DNA from: an uncultured Acidobacteriota bacterium
Lineage (GTDB): Bacteria; Acidobacteriota; Vicinamibacteria; Vicinamibacterales; 2-12-FULL-66-21
Assembly (NCBI GenBank): GCA_963750475.1
Contig: CAVVQQ010000003.1
Coordinates: 513,191-577,190, forward strand
DNA: 64,000 nt
Direction: 5' to 3'
A model generated the notes under the pieces. The model had not been told where the DNA came from. It did not search any database and saw only the letters and a program-made list of their open reading frames with translations. Positions 10,050 to 21,546 of the stretch are shown in pieces. Made by a program: the position numbers and the translations under genes. The first letter of the stretch is position 1. Every line of letters starts with the position of its first letter.

Positions 10050-12731
10050 TCAGCCGGTGTTGCGCATCCCGGCGGCGATGCCGTTGACGGTGACCATGAA
10101 CGCCTTGGAGATCTGCGGGTCGACCTCCTCGGTCTCGCGCAGCCGGCGGAGCAGCTCGATCTGGACGAGGTTGATCGGGTAGACGTACGGGTTCCTCACC
10201 TCGATCGAGCGCCGCAGCACGACGTTCTCGGTCAGCAGGCGCTCCTTGCCCGAGGTGCGCAGCACCGCGGCGGTGGTCTCGACGAGGCGGCGCCGCAGGT
10301 CGGCGCCGACCTCGTGCAGGCCATCGGGCACCAGCCGGCAATCGTACTCGGCGGCAATCCGCGCGTCGGACTCGGCCAGGACCATCGCGATCAGATCGAT
10401 TGTCGACCGGAAGAACGGCCAGCCGGCGTACATCTCGCGCAGGATCGGCAGCTCGCCGCGGTCGAGCGCCGCGCTCAGCGCCTCGCCGGTGCCGAGCCAC
10501 GACGGCAGCAGCAGCCGGGTCTGCGTCCAGGCGAACACCCACGGGATGGCGCGCAGCGAATCGACCCCGCCGCCGGCGACGCGCCGCGCCGGCCGGCTGC
10601 CGATCGGCAGCGAGCCGAGCTCGATCTCCGGCGTCGCGGCGCGGAAGTATTCGATGAACCTCGGGTCCTCGTAGACGACGTCGCGGTAGACCGTGCGGGC
10701 GGCGGCGGCGAGGCGATCCATCTCGTCGCGCCAGCCCGGCTCGGGCGCCGGCGGCAGCGCCAGCGTCGTCCCGAGCGTCGCGGTCGTGTAGAGCTCGAGG
10801 GTGCGGGCGGCGATGTCGGGCAGGCCGAACTGCGCCTGGATCATCTCTCCCTGCTCGGTGACGCGCAGCCGGCCCTCGACCGATCCCGGCGGCTGCGACT
10901 GGATCGAGAGGTAGGTCGGCCCGCCGCCGCGGCTGATGCTGCCGCCGCGGCCGTGGAAGAGCGTCAGTTCGACCCCCGCCTCGCGGCAGACCTCGACGAT
11001 CGACTCCTGGGCGCGGTAGAGCGCCCAGTTCGCCGACAGCCGGCCGCCGTCCTTCGCCGAATCGGAGTAGCCGATCATGATTTCCTGACGCCCCTCGATC
11101 CGATCCCGGTACGCCGGCATCGCGAGCAGCGACCGCAGCGTCGCGGCGGCCCCCTCGAGGTCGTCGACCCGTTCGAAGAGCGGCACGACCCGGAGGCGCG
11201 ACGGCGATCCGGCCTGGAGGGCCTCGACGGCCAGAACGTCCGACGGCGCCTGGGCCATCGAGACGACGTAGGCCGAGAGTGACTCCGGATGGATCTCGGC
11301 CGCCGTCCGGAAGGTGGCGAAGACGTCGCGATTCTCGTCGCTGGCGGCGAGGTCTGGCGGCACCAGCGGGCGGCCGTCGCTGATCGCGGCGGTCAGGAAC
11401 GCCTGCCGGCGGGTTTCGTCCCAGTCCTCGTAGCGACCCAGCCCGCGGTGCTCGGTCACGGCGGTCAGCGCGGCGGCATGCCGCGAGGCGTGCTGGCGGA
11501 GGTCGAGGCGGACCAGGGTCAGGCCGAAGGCCGCGGTGCGGCGGAGGACGTCGGCGAGCCGGCCGCTGGCGATCAGTTCCTGGCCGGTGGCGACGAGCGA
11601 GTCGTAGCAGAGCCGCAGCGGCTCGACCAGTTCGGCGATGGCGACGTACGGCGCGGCCCGGCCGCTCTCGGCCCGCGGCGCCTCGGACTGGAAGAGCTCG
11701 GCCCGGGCGAGCTGACGGCCAAGGTCGTCGCGCGTCGCGCGCAGCCGGTCGCGCACCTCGCGGAGGACGGCCCGGTACGGCTCGCGCGCGCCCCGCCCCC
11801 GGGCGCGGAGCTCCGCGGTCGCGCCGGTCATCGAGAGCTCGGCCCGCAGCGCGCCGATCTCCCGTTCGTAGAGATCCGCCGCCATCCAGCGCGCTACCGC
11901 GCAGGCCAGCTGGGTGACGCGCGGCGTGACGGTCGGGTTGCCGTCGCGATCGCCGCCCATCCACGAGCCGAAGCGGATCGGCGCCGCGTCGAGCGCCAGC
12001 GATCGGCCGGTGGCGGCGGCGAGCGCGCTGTCGAGCGATCGCACGAAGCGCGGCACGGCGTCCCACAGCGTCTGCTCGAAAATCAGCAGCCCGGCGATCG
12101 CCTCGTCGACCGGCGTCGGCCGGCGCGGCCGGATCTCGTCGGTCTCCCACGCCGCCATGATCTCGCGGCGCAGCAGCCCGGCAATCTCCTCCCGCTCCGG
12201 GGCGGTCAGATCGCCGCGGTCCTGGCGGGCGAGCGCCGCCGCGATGCGCAGATGCTTCTGAATCAGCGTCCGCCGCGTGATCGTCGTCGGATGCGCGGTC
12301 AGCACCAGCTCGATGCGCAGCGCCGCGGTGGCGTCGTGCAGGGTCTCGGGCGCGACCCCGGCGGCGAGCAGCCGCGCGAAGGTCTCCTCGCACGAGCCGC
12401 GCTGCGGCGGCGCCGTCTGATCGTGCTGGTAGGCGCGCCGGCGGCGCACCCGATGGTGCTGTTCGGCGATGTTCGCGAGCGTCAGGAAGTGCGAGAACGC
12501 GCGCGCGATCGGGACGGTCGACTCGACCGGCAGCTGGCGGAGCAGGTCGGCGACGGCATCGAGGTCGCGGTCGCTGCCGGCGCGGCCGCTCTTCGAGAGC
12601 GCCCGGACCCGCTCGACGATCTCATACAGCTCGGCGCCCTCGCGGTGCCGGAGCGTCTCGCCAAGGATGCCGCCGAGCATCCGCACATCGTCCCGCAGCC
12701 GCTCGTGAGGATCCCGCATGCGCGTCGTCAT
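10050..12731 (-). CDS. ppc: Phosphoenolpyruvate carboxylase
   Basis: 893-aa intact ORF. It has the conserved VLTAHPT and GYSDSAKDGG motifs, FHGRGGSISRGGGP, and the canonical C-terminus GIAAGMRNTG. Confidence 0.95.
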   Translation of the reverse strand: MTTRMRDPHERLRDDVRMLGGILGETLRHREGAELYEIVERVRALSKSGRAGSDRDLDAVADLLRQLPVESTVPIARAFSHFLTLANIAEQHHRVRRRRAYQHDQTAPPQRGSCEETFARLLAAGVAPETLHDATAALRIELVLTAHPTTITRRTLIQKHLRIAAALARQDRGDLTAPEREEIAGLLRREIMAAWETDEIRPRRPTPVDEAIAGLLIFEQTLWDAVPRFVRSLDSALAAATGRSLALDAAPIRFGSWMGGDRDGNPTVTPRVTQLACAVARWMAADLYEREIGALRAELSMTGATAELRARGRGAREPYRAVLREVRDRLRATRDDLGRQLARAELFQSEAPRAESGRAAPYVAIAELVEPLRLCYDSLVATGQELIASGRLADVLRRTAAFGLTLVRLDLRQHASRHAAALTAVTEHRGLGRYEDWDETRRQAFLTAAISDGRPLVPPDLAASDENRDVFATFRTAAEIHPESLSAYVVSMAQAPSDVLAVEALQAGSPSRLRVVPLFERVDDLEGAAATLRSLLAMPAYRDRIEGRQEIMIGYSDSAKDGGRLSANWALYRAQESIVEVCREAGVELTLFHGRGGSISRGGGPTYLSIQSQPPGSVEGRLRVTEQGEMIQAQFGLPDIAARTLELYTTATLGTTLALPPAPEPGWRDEMDRLAAAARTVYRDVVYEDPRFIEYFRAATPEIELGSLPIGSRPARRVAGGGVDSLRAIPWVFAWTQTRLLLPSWLGTGEALSAALDRGELPILREMYAGWPFFRSTIDLIAMVLAESDARIAAEYDCRLVPDGLHEVGADLRRRLVETTAAVLRTSGKERLLTENVVLRRSIEVRNPYVYPINLVQIELLRRLRETEEVDPQISKAFMVTVNGIAAGMRNTG

Positions 12732-12892
12732 ACAGCGCTATTTAATCAGGTTCCGCGACGGTCATGCGGAATGGCGCTGCCGCGGACCGGCGCCGGGCCC
12801 TTCGAACAGACCGCACTCGACTCGCCGCGCCGGACCGGCTACCATTTCACGGCAGACGACCCGGGCCCCGATCGCCCGTCGCAGGGACCACC

Positions 12893-14372
12893 ATGCCTCA
12901 GGCCGACCCGAACGATGCTCACCTTCGACTCCACACCGGCATTACCGGCCTCGATCAGCTCCTCGACGGCGGGCTGCCCGCCAACCGTCTGCACCTGATC
13001 GAAGGGGATCCTGGCACCGGCAAGACCACCCTCGCGCTGCAATTTCTCCTCGAGGGCGTCCGACTGGGCGAAACCTGCCTGTACGTGACCCTGTCGGAAA
13101 CCGCCACCGAGCTCGACGGCGTCGCCAGGTCGCACGGCTGGTCGCTCGACGGCCTCGAGGTGTTCGAGCTCGCCCAGCCCGAGATGCGCACCGCGGCGGA
13201 ACAGTACACGCTCTACCATCCCTCCGAAATCGAGCTCGGCGAGATGGTCAAGTCGGTGCTCGAGATCACCGACCGCATCCGGCCGACGCGCGTCGTCCTC
13301 GACTCGCTGTCCGAGATGCGGCTGCTCGCCAGGGACCCGCTGCGCTACCGGCGGCAAATCCTCGCGCTCAAGGAATATTTCTCCGGCCGCGACTGCACCG
13401 TCCTGATGCTCGACGACCACACCGGGGCCGACAACGACCTCCAGCTGCAGAGCATCGCCCACGGCGTCGTGCTCCTCGAACAGGCGCCGTTCGAATACGG
13501 CCGCTCGCGCCGCCGGGTTCGCATCGTCAAGCTGCGCGGCGTCGCCGTGACCGAGGGTTACCACGACTTCAAGATCCAGCGCGGCGGGCTGATGGTGTTT
13601 CCGCAGCTGGTGCCGGAGCGTAAATCGGGACGACGACCCGGCGCCGTCAGCAGCGGCGTCGAGGCGCTCGACCGCCTGCTCGGCGGCGGCCTGACCTGGG
13701 GCACGACGACGCTGTTCATCGGCCCGGCCGGCGTCGGCAAGTCGACGGTCGCGGCCCAGTTCGTCACCGCGGTGGGCGATGTGCCCGCGGCCGCGTATCT
13801 CTTCGACGAGCGAGTGGAGACCTTCATCGAGCGCTGCGAGACGCTCGGCATGGACATGCGGGCGAGGATCGCGTCCGGCCGTGTTTTCCTCGACCAGATT
13901 GAGCCTGGCGAGCTCTCCCCCGGAGAGTTCGCGCATCGCGTCCGCGCCCGAGTCGAAAAGGACGGCTGCCGGATAGTGCTCGTCGACAGCCTGAACGGCT
14001 ATCTCAACGCCATCCCGACGGGGCACGCGCCGCTCGTCCGCATGCACGAGCTGGCCGCGTACCTCAATGACCGCGACGTCGCGACGCTGCTGATCGCGGC
14101 GCAGCACGGGATGATGGGCATGCAGATGGCCTCCCCGATCGACGTCAGCTACCTCGCCGATGCCGTCGTCCTGCTGCGCTTCTTCGAGGCGGAGGGCATG
14201 GTGCGCAAGGCCATCTCGGTCGTCAAGAAGCGCACCGGCACCCACGAAACGACCATCCGCGAGTTCGCCATCGGCCCGGACCGGGTGCGCGTCGGCGAGC
14301 CGCTGGCGCAGTTCCAGGGTGTGATGACCGGAGTGCCGCAGTATCGCGGCACCACCGGGCCGCTCTTGCAGG

Positions 14373-14395
<23 letters not shown>
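12893..14395 (+). CDS. KaiC-like double-domain RecA-superfamily ATPase
   Basis: Two Walker A motifs (GDPGTGKTTLALQF; GPAGVGKSTVAAQF). TGITGLDQLLDGGLP and GVEALDRLLGGGL head the two domains, and the C-terminus VVLLRFFEAEGMVRKAISVVKKRTGTHETTIREF parallels KaiC CII. I take the start at MPQADP (12893) rather than the upstream ATG at 12764. Confidence 0.85.
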
Positions 14396-15980
<1,585 letters not shown>

Positions 15981-16035
15981 GCTCGAGCGGCGGCGGCAGA
16001 GCTCACCGCACCGCCACAGGCATTAAAATACGGAC

Positions 16036-16536
16036 ATGACATCCGCGTCCTCGAAGAGTCCCCGGAGGGTCCGCACCAACGGCCTGCTGGCGGTCGCGGC
16101 AGCGGCGGCGATCGGCACGGCGACGATCCATGCCGGGCAGCTGCCCGATGGTCCCGGCAAGGACGCGCTGGTCAAGGTCTGCAGCCCCTGTCACGAGCCG
16201 AGCCGGGCGGCGGCCTTCCGTCTGACCCGCGAGGGCTGGGAGGCGACCGTCGCCGACATGCACTGGCGCGGCGCCAGGGGGACGGACGAGGAATTCGCCG
16301 CCATCGTCGACTACCTCTCGACGAACTTCCTGGGGGAGGCGTCGCCGAAGCTGAACATGAACCGGGCGACGTCGGTGGAGCTCGAGTCGGTGGTGTCGCT
16401 GCTGCGCAAGGAAGCGGCGGCGGTGATCGCGTATCGGGACAAGTCCGGCGGTTTCAAGTCAATCGAGGATCTGCGCAAGGTTCCGGGCGTGGACTTCAAG
16501 AAGTTCGAAGCGGCGAAGGATCGGATCATTTTTTAA
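16036..16536 (+). CDS. c-type cytochrome domain fused to a helix-hairpin-helix domain (secreted)
   Basis: 166-aa ORF with a signal-like N-terminus. It has a single CXXCH haem motif (CSPCH) followed by EGWEATVADMHWRG, then a ComEA-like segment (LNMNRATSVELESV...FKSIEDLRKVPGVDFKKFEAAKDRI). Confidence 0.6.
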   Translation: MTSASSKSPRRVRTNGLLAVAAAAAIGTATIHAGQLPDGPGKDALVKVCSPCHEPSRAAAFRLTREGWEATVADMHWRGARGTDEEFAAIVDYLSTNFLGEASPKLNMNRATSVELESVVSLLRKEAAAVIAYRDKSGGFKSIEDLRKVPGVDFKKFEAAKDRIIF

Positions 16537-16542
16537 AGGGTT

Positions 16543-17529
16543 ATGGAATACCGACAGCTTGGCCGCACCGACATGCGCGTTTCGGCGATTGGCTTCGGCG
16601 CCTGGGCGATTGGCGGCAGCTGGGGCGCGGTCGACGACGAGGCGTCGATGCGCGCACTGCATGCGGCGGTCGACGCCGGCGTCAACTTCATCGACACCGC
16701 GGACGTCTACGGCGACGGCCACAGCGAGCGGCTCGTCGCCAGGCTGCGGCGCGAGCGTCCCAACGACACGCTGCACGTCGCGACCAAGGCCGGCCGCCGC
16801 CTGCCGGCGCAGACCGTCGAAGGATATTCGCGCGCCAACCTGACCGCCTGGGTCGAGCGCAGCCTGCGCAATCTCGAGACCGAGGCGGTGGATCTCCTCC
16901 AGCTGCACTGCCCGCCCTCGGAGCTGATCCGCCGGCAGGAGGTCTTCGCCATCCTCGACGATCTGGTCAGCGCCGGCAAGCTGCGCTACTACGGCGTCAG
17001 CGTCGAGACGGTCGAGCAGGCGCTGGCGTCGATGGCCCATCCGCGCGTTCAGTCGATCCAGATCATCTTCAACATGTTCCGGCTCAAGCCGGCCGAGGAG
17101 GTGCTGCCGGCGGCGCACGCCGGCGGCGTCGGCATCCTCGCGCGGGTGCCGCTGGCGAGCGGGCTGCTCACCGGCAAGCTGCGCCGCGACACGGTGTTCG
17201 CGGCGGACGATCACCGGCAGTTCAACCGCGACGGCCAGGAGTTCGACAAGGGCGAGACGCTGTCGGGCGTGCCCTACGAGGCGGGGCTCGACGCCGTCGA
17301 GGCGCTGCGGCCGCTGGTGCCGGCCGGCCGGACGCTGGCGCAGCTGGCGCTCCGCTGGACCCTGATGTTCGACGGCGTCACCTGTGCGATTCCCGGCGCC
17401 AGGACCGACGCCCAGGCGCGCGAGAATGCCGCTGCCGCCGACCTCCCGCTGCTGCCGCCGGCGACGATGGCGGCGGTGGCCGACATGTATACGGCGCGAA
17501 TCCGCCGGCACGTCCACTCGGCTTGGTGA
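16543..17529 (+). CDS. Aldo/keto reductase
   Basis: 328-aa intact ORF. MEYRQLGRTDMRVSAIGFGAWAIGG...GVNFIDTADVYGDGHSE is the AKR N-terminal signature. Confidence 0.9.
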   Translation: MEYRQLGRTDMRVSAIGFGAWAIGGSWGAVDDEASMRALHAAVDAGVNFIDTADVYGDGHSERLVARLRRERPNDTLHVATKAGRRLPAQTVEGYSRANLTAWVERSLRNLETEAVDLLQLHCPPSELIRRQEVFAILDDLVSAGKLRYYGVSVETVEQALASMAHPRVQSIQIIFNMFRLKPAEEVLPAAHAGGVGILARVPLASGLLTGKLRRDTVFAADDHRQFNRDGQEFDKGETLSGVPYEAGLDAVEALRPLVPAGRTLAQLALRWTLMFDGVTCAIPGARTDAQARENAAAADLPLLPPATMAAVADMYTARIRRHVHSAW

Positions 17530-17542
17530 AAGCGGGGCAGTC

Positions 17543-18535
17543 ATGCGCACGCCGCGGCACATCCCGGGCCCCCTCGCCCTCGCAGCCCTGCTCTCGCTGG
17601 CCGCGCCCATAGTCGTTCGACCCCAGGAGCCGGTGTTCCGTACCGGTGCGCGCACCGTCGCCGTGTATGTGACCGTCTCGGATGAGGCCGGCAAGCTCGT
17701 CGGCGACCTGAAGCAGGACGACTTCGAGGTCTACGACAACGGCCGCCTTCAGCCGATCACGCTGTTCGACAGCGGCGTCCAGCCGATCACCGTCGTGCTG
17801 ATGCTCGATCGCAGCGGCAGCATGTTCAGCAACTTCACCCTGGTCCGGTCCGCCGCCGAGGTGTTCGTCGGCCAGCTGCTGCCCGGCGACAAGGCGCGGG
17901 TCGGCAGTTTCGCCAACCGCATCCAGGTCGATCCGCGCGATTTCACCGGCAGCAAGCGCGACCTGATCGAGATTCTCCGGACCGACCTCCAGGAGCCCGG
18001 GCCAACGCCGCTCTGGAACGCCGTCAACGTCGGCATCACCGCCCTCCAGCACCAGGACGGACGGCGCGTCATTCTGGTGTTCACCGACGGCGTCGACCGG
18101 CCGATGAACAGCCGCAGCATCAGCCTCGCCGAAGTCATGAAGAACGCCGAGGAGCACGACGTGATGGTCTTCGCGATCGGCCTGGCCGGACGCACCTACT
18201 ATCCCGGCCGGGGCCGGGGCCGAGGGCGCGGACCGTCGGTCGGCGCGATCGGCACGCCGGGCGGGATCGGGGCCCCGCCGGAGTTCGAGAAGCCCGACCC
18301 GGGTCTGCCGCACATCGCGCTCTCGACCGGCGGCGGCTACTTCGAGCTGACCTCGGCGAACAATCTGTCGACGACGTTCAGCGCCGTCGCCGACGAGCTC
18401 CATCGCCAGTACGCGCTCGCCTTCACGCCGCAGACCTTCGACGGCAAGACGCACCGCCTCGAGGTCCGGCTGCGCCAGCCGGGCCTGAAGGCGCGGGCGC
18501 GGAAAACCTACGTCGCGCGGCCCGACGTCCTCTAG
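17543..18535 (+). CDS. VWA-domain protein with VWFA-related acidobacterial N-terminal domain
   Basis: Starts at MRTPRH with a signal peptide. FRTGARTVAVYVTVSDEAGKLVGDLKQDDFEVYDNGRLQPITLFD is the acidobacterial VWFA-related N-domain pattern. It is followed by a VWA core (VVLMLDRSGSM...ILVFTDGVD). Confidence 0.8.
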   Translation: MRTPRHIPGPLALAALLSLAAPIVVRPQEPVFRTGARTVAVYVTVSDEAGKLVGDLKQDDFEVYDNGRLQPITLFDSGVQPITVVLMLDRSGSMFSNFTLVRSAAEVFVGQLLPGDKARVGSFANRIQVDPRDFTGSKRDLIEILRTDLQEPGPTPLWNAVNVGITALQHQDGRRVILVFTDGVDRPMNSRSISLAEVMKNAEEHDVMVFAIGLAGRTYYPGRGRGRGRGPSVGAIGTPGGIGAPPEFEKPDPGLPHIALSTGGGYFELTSANNLSTTFSAVADELHRQYALAFTPQTFDGKTHRLEVRLRQPGLKARARKTYVARPDVL

Positions 18536-18580
18536 CGAAACGCCCGGGCAGGCGCTCGATCGCCCGCGAAAGGTCCAGAC

Positions 18581-18874
18581 ATGTGCAGGAACATCAAGCC
18601 GCTGTTCAACTTCGCGCCGCCCGCCACCGACGATGAGGTGCGCGCCTCGGCGCTGCAGTTCGTCCGCAAGGTGAGCGGCTTCACGAAACCGTCGAAGGCC
18701 AACGAGGCCGCCTTCGACCAGGCGGTGGACGAGGTCACGGCCGCGGCGCGCCGTCTCATCCGGTCGCTCGTCACCACCGCCCCGCCGAAGAACCGCGACG
18801 AAGTCGCCGCCCGGGCCCGCGAGAAGTCGGCGGCGCGCTACGGCGGCGGCGAACTCACCGCCGCGCGGAAGTAA
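18581..18874 (+). CDS. DUF2277-family protein
   Basis: 97-aa ORF. It begins MCRNIKPLFNF and continues DEVRASALQFVRKVSGF, which is characteristic of DUF2277. Confidence 0.7.
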   Translation: MCRNIKPLFNFAPPATDDEVRASALQFVRKVSGFTKPSKANEAAFDQAVDEVTAAARRLIRSLVTTAPPKNRDEVAARAREKSAARYGGGELTAARK

Positions 18875-18896
18875 CGGGTTGCTATAATCGAGCGGA

Positions 18897-20278
18897 GTGC
18901 CGCTTCCCCCCATCGCCCGCAACATCCTCGACGCCATCGGCAACACCCCGATGGTCCGGATCAACCGCATCACGCGCGACGTCACCGACGCCACGGTGCT
19001 CGCCAAGATCGAGACCTTCAATCCCGGCAACTCGATCAAGGACCGCATGGCGGTGCGGATGATCGAGGATGCCGAGCGGGCCGGGCTGCTGAAGCCGGGC
19101 GGCACGATCATCGAAGGCACCTCCGGCAACACCGGCATGGGCCTGGCGATTGCCGCGGTGGTCAAGGGCTACAAGTGCATCTTCACGACCACCGACAAGC
19201 AGTCGAAGGAGAAGGTCGACGCGCTCAAGGCGTTCGGCGCCGAGGTGATCGTCTGCCCGACCAACGTCGATCCGGAGGATCCGCGCTCGTACTACTCGGT
19301 GTCGTCGCGGCTGGAGAAGGAAGTGCCCGAACTCCTGGAAGGCCAACCAGTACGACAACCTGTCGAACTCCGCGGCGCACTACGAGCAGACCGGTCCGGA
19401 GATCTGGGAGCAGACCGACGGCACGCATCACCCACCTGGTCGTCGGCGTCGGCACCGGCGGCACGATCAGCGGCGTCGGCGCGCTACCTGAAGGAGCGCA
19501 ACCCGAAGATCAAGGTCTGGGGCATCGACACCTACGGCTCGGTGTTCAAGAAGTACAAGGAGACCGGCATCTTCGACAAGAACGAGATCTATCCGTACAT
19601 CACCGAGGGCATCGGCGAGGACTTCCTGCCGCAGAACGTCGACTTCTCGGTGATCGATCACTTCGAGAAGGTCACCGACAAGGACGCGGCGATGATGACG
19701 CGCCGCATCGCCCGCGAAGAGGGCATCTTCGCCGGCAACTCGGCCGGCTCGGCGATGGCCGGCCTGCTGCAGCTGAAGGAGCACTTCACACGACGGACGA
19801 CGTCGTCGTCGTGATCTTCCACGACCACGGCTCGCGCTACCTCGGCAAGATGTTCAACGACGACTGGATGCGCGAGAAGGGGTTCCTCGAGAAGTCGGGC
19901 ATGACGGCGCGCGACCTGGTCGCCTCCGGCCTGTCGGGCGAACTGCTCGCCATCGAGGGCGCGGAGCCGGTCGAGACGCGCGGTCAAGCTGATGAGCCGA
20001 GCACGACTTCTCGCAGATCTCGATCACCCGCGACAAGCGGCTGGTCGGCTCGCTCAACGAGACGCACCTCTACGAGCGAGCTGATTGCCGATCCGGCGGT
20101 CAAGACGAAGCCGGTCGAGACGATCATGCAGCCGGCGTTTCCGTTCGTCGACATCTCGACCCCGGTCGACCTGCTGTCGACGATGATCACGCCGGAGAAT
20201 CCGGCGGTGCTGGTCCGCGACTTCAAGACCGAGAAGACGTTCATCATCACGCGGTCCGACGTCATCCGCGTGCTCTGA
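18897..20278 (+). pseudogene. Cystathionine beta-synthase (PLP CysK-like domain + CBS pair), interrupted by about 7 frame changes as assembled
   Basis: The PLP domain is GNTPMVRINRI...NPGNSIKDRMA...GTSGNTGMGLA. The expected [30 protein letters not shown] and [18 protein letters not shown] segments lie in the other two frames, for example through an extra C in the 19326-19328 run. The C-terminal CBS domains (AVKLMSEHDFSQISITRDKRLVGSLNETHLY) are again reached only by +1 shifts near 19977, 20003 and 20078. Confidence 0.85.
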
Positions 20279-20290
20279 GGCGCCAGGTCA

Positions 20291-20716
20291 ATGCTGCAGA
20301 GCCTGCGGAGCGTCGCCGCCGTGCTTGTCGGGTTCGGCTTCATGGCCGCCACGGTGATGGCCGGCACGATCATCGCCACGCAGTTGTTCATTCCAGGAGG
20401 CATGCGGGCGGCAGCGGCCGGAGCGGCGCCGGCGGCGGTGCCGCCGCTCTACCTGGCCGCCAATCTGGCGCTCAGCTTTATTGGCGCCGTGTTCGGGGGC
20501 TGGCTGGCGGCTCGAATCGGGGACCGGGCGCCGATGGCGCACGCGGCCGCCCTCGCCGCGCTGACGGCGCTGCTGGCGATCATTTCGGCGAGCCAGACGG
20601 TGGCCGGACCGCAGCCGTCGTGGTACGCGGCCGTCGTCGGCACGATTGGCGTCGTCGGGGTGCTGGCGGGAGGAAAGCTGCGCTCGGCGGCGGCGGACCC
20701 TGGCGTGGTAGCGTAG
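20291..20716 (+). CDS. Membrane protein, hypothetical (4 TM)
   Basis: 141-aa hydrophobic ORF (VLVGFGFMAATVMAGTIIA...). No family recognised. Confidence 0.5.
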   Translation: MLQSLRSVAAVLVGFGFMAATVMAGTIIATQLFIPGGMRAAAAGAAPAAVPPLYLAANLALSFIGAVFGGWLAARIGDRAPMAHAAALAALTALLAIISASQTVAGPQPSWYAAVVGTIGVVGVLAGGKLRSAAADPGVVA

Positions 20717-20824
20717 GATGCCCTCCGTTGCAGAGGGTCGTTGCGGGCGGGAGCTGCGGGCTCGCGAACGACGGAAGAGTCAGCGCAGCGAAGCCGGGCT
20801 GATCCGGGAAGAAGAGAACAGAAG

Positions 20825-21520
20825 ATGAGCTTGCAGAAACTGCTGATGTGCGGGCTGGGCCTGCTGGCGTTTGCGGCGCCCGCGGCCGCGTCGCCGGCCG
20901 ATGTCGTCGGCACCTGGACCGTCAACGTGACGCTCGACTCCGGGCCGATCCCGCCGTCGACGCTGACGCTGAAGGACGATGGCGCCAAGCTGGTGGGGGT
21001 GTTCTCGGGCCAGCAGGGGGACATGCCTGTCGAAGCCAGCGTCAAGGAACAGGCGGTGACGATCTGGTTCACGGTGCCGACCCAGAACGGGCCGATCGCG
21101 ATCACCATGAACGGTACCGTGGACGGCGACGCGATGAAGGGCTCGGCGGATCTCGGCGGCACCGGCAAGGCCGAGTGGACCGCGCGGCGCGGTGCGGCCG
21201 CCGCCGCCGCGGCGGCGGCGAGCGTCGACGTCAGCGGCACGTGGGCGGTCGCGGTCGAAACGAGTGCGGGATCCGGATCGCCGACCTTCGTCTTCACGCA
21301 GAATGGCGAGCAGCTCACCGGCCACTACACCGGCCAGCTTGGCGAGGCGCCGGTCACCGGCACCGTCCATGGCTCGGCGATCGCGTTTGCCGTCGACCTC
21401 GACGTCCAGGGCACCGCGATGCACATCGCCTATACCGGCACTGTTGACGGCGCGTCGATGAAGGGCGCCGTCAAGTTGGGGGACCTCGCGGAGGGAACCT
21501 TCACCGGGAAGAAAAACTAA
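20825..21520 (+). CDS. Secreted protein with two homologous beta-rich domains, hypothetical
   Basis: Starts at MSLQKLLMCGLGLLAFAAPAAA (signal peptide). Two repeats (VVGTWTVNVTLDSG...KLVGVFSG...TVDGDAMKG and VSGTWAVAVETSAG...QLTGHYTG...TVDGASMKG) are separated by a poly-Ala linker. Confidence 0.6.
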   Translation: MSLQKLLMCGLGLLAFAAPAAASPADVVGTWTVNVTLDSGPIPPSTLTLKDDGAKLVGVFSGQQGDMPVEASVKEQAVTIWFTVPTQNGPIAITMNGTVDGDAMKGSADLGGTGKAEWTARRGAAAAAAAAASVDVSGTWAVAVETSAGSGSPTFVFTQNGEQLTGHYTGQLGEAPVTGTVHGSAIAFAVDLDVQGTAMHIAYTGTVDGASMKGAVKLGDLAEGTFTGKKN

Positions 21521-21546
21521 CACCTGTCAGGATTTGGAAAGATTTT

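Noticed and set aside
9937-12998. Long alternative-frame ORFs across ppc (9937-12393 minus, 11289-12998 plus)
   Set aside because: They are out of frame or antisense to an intact 893-aa PEP carboxylase with its canonical motifs. Their composition is low-complexity Arg/Pro/Ala.
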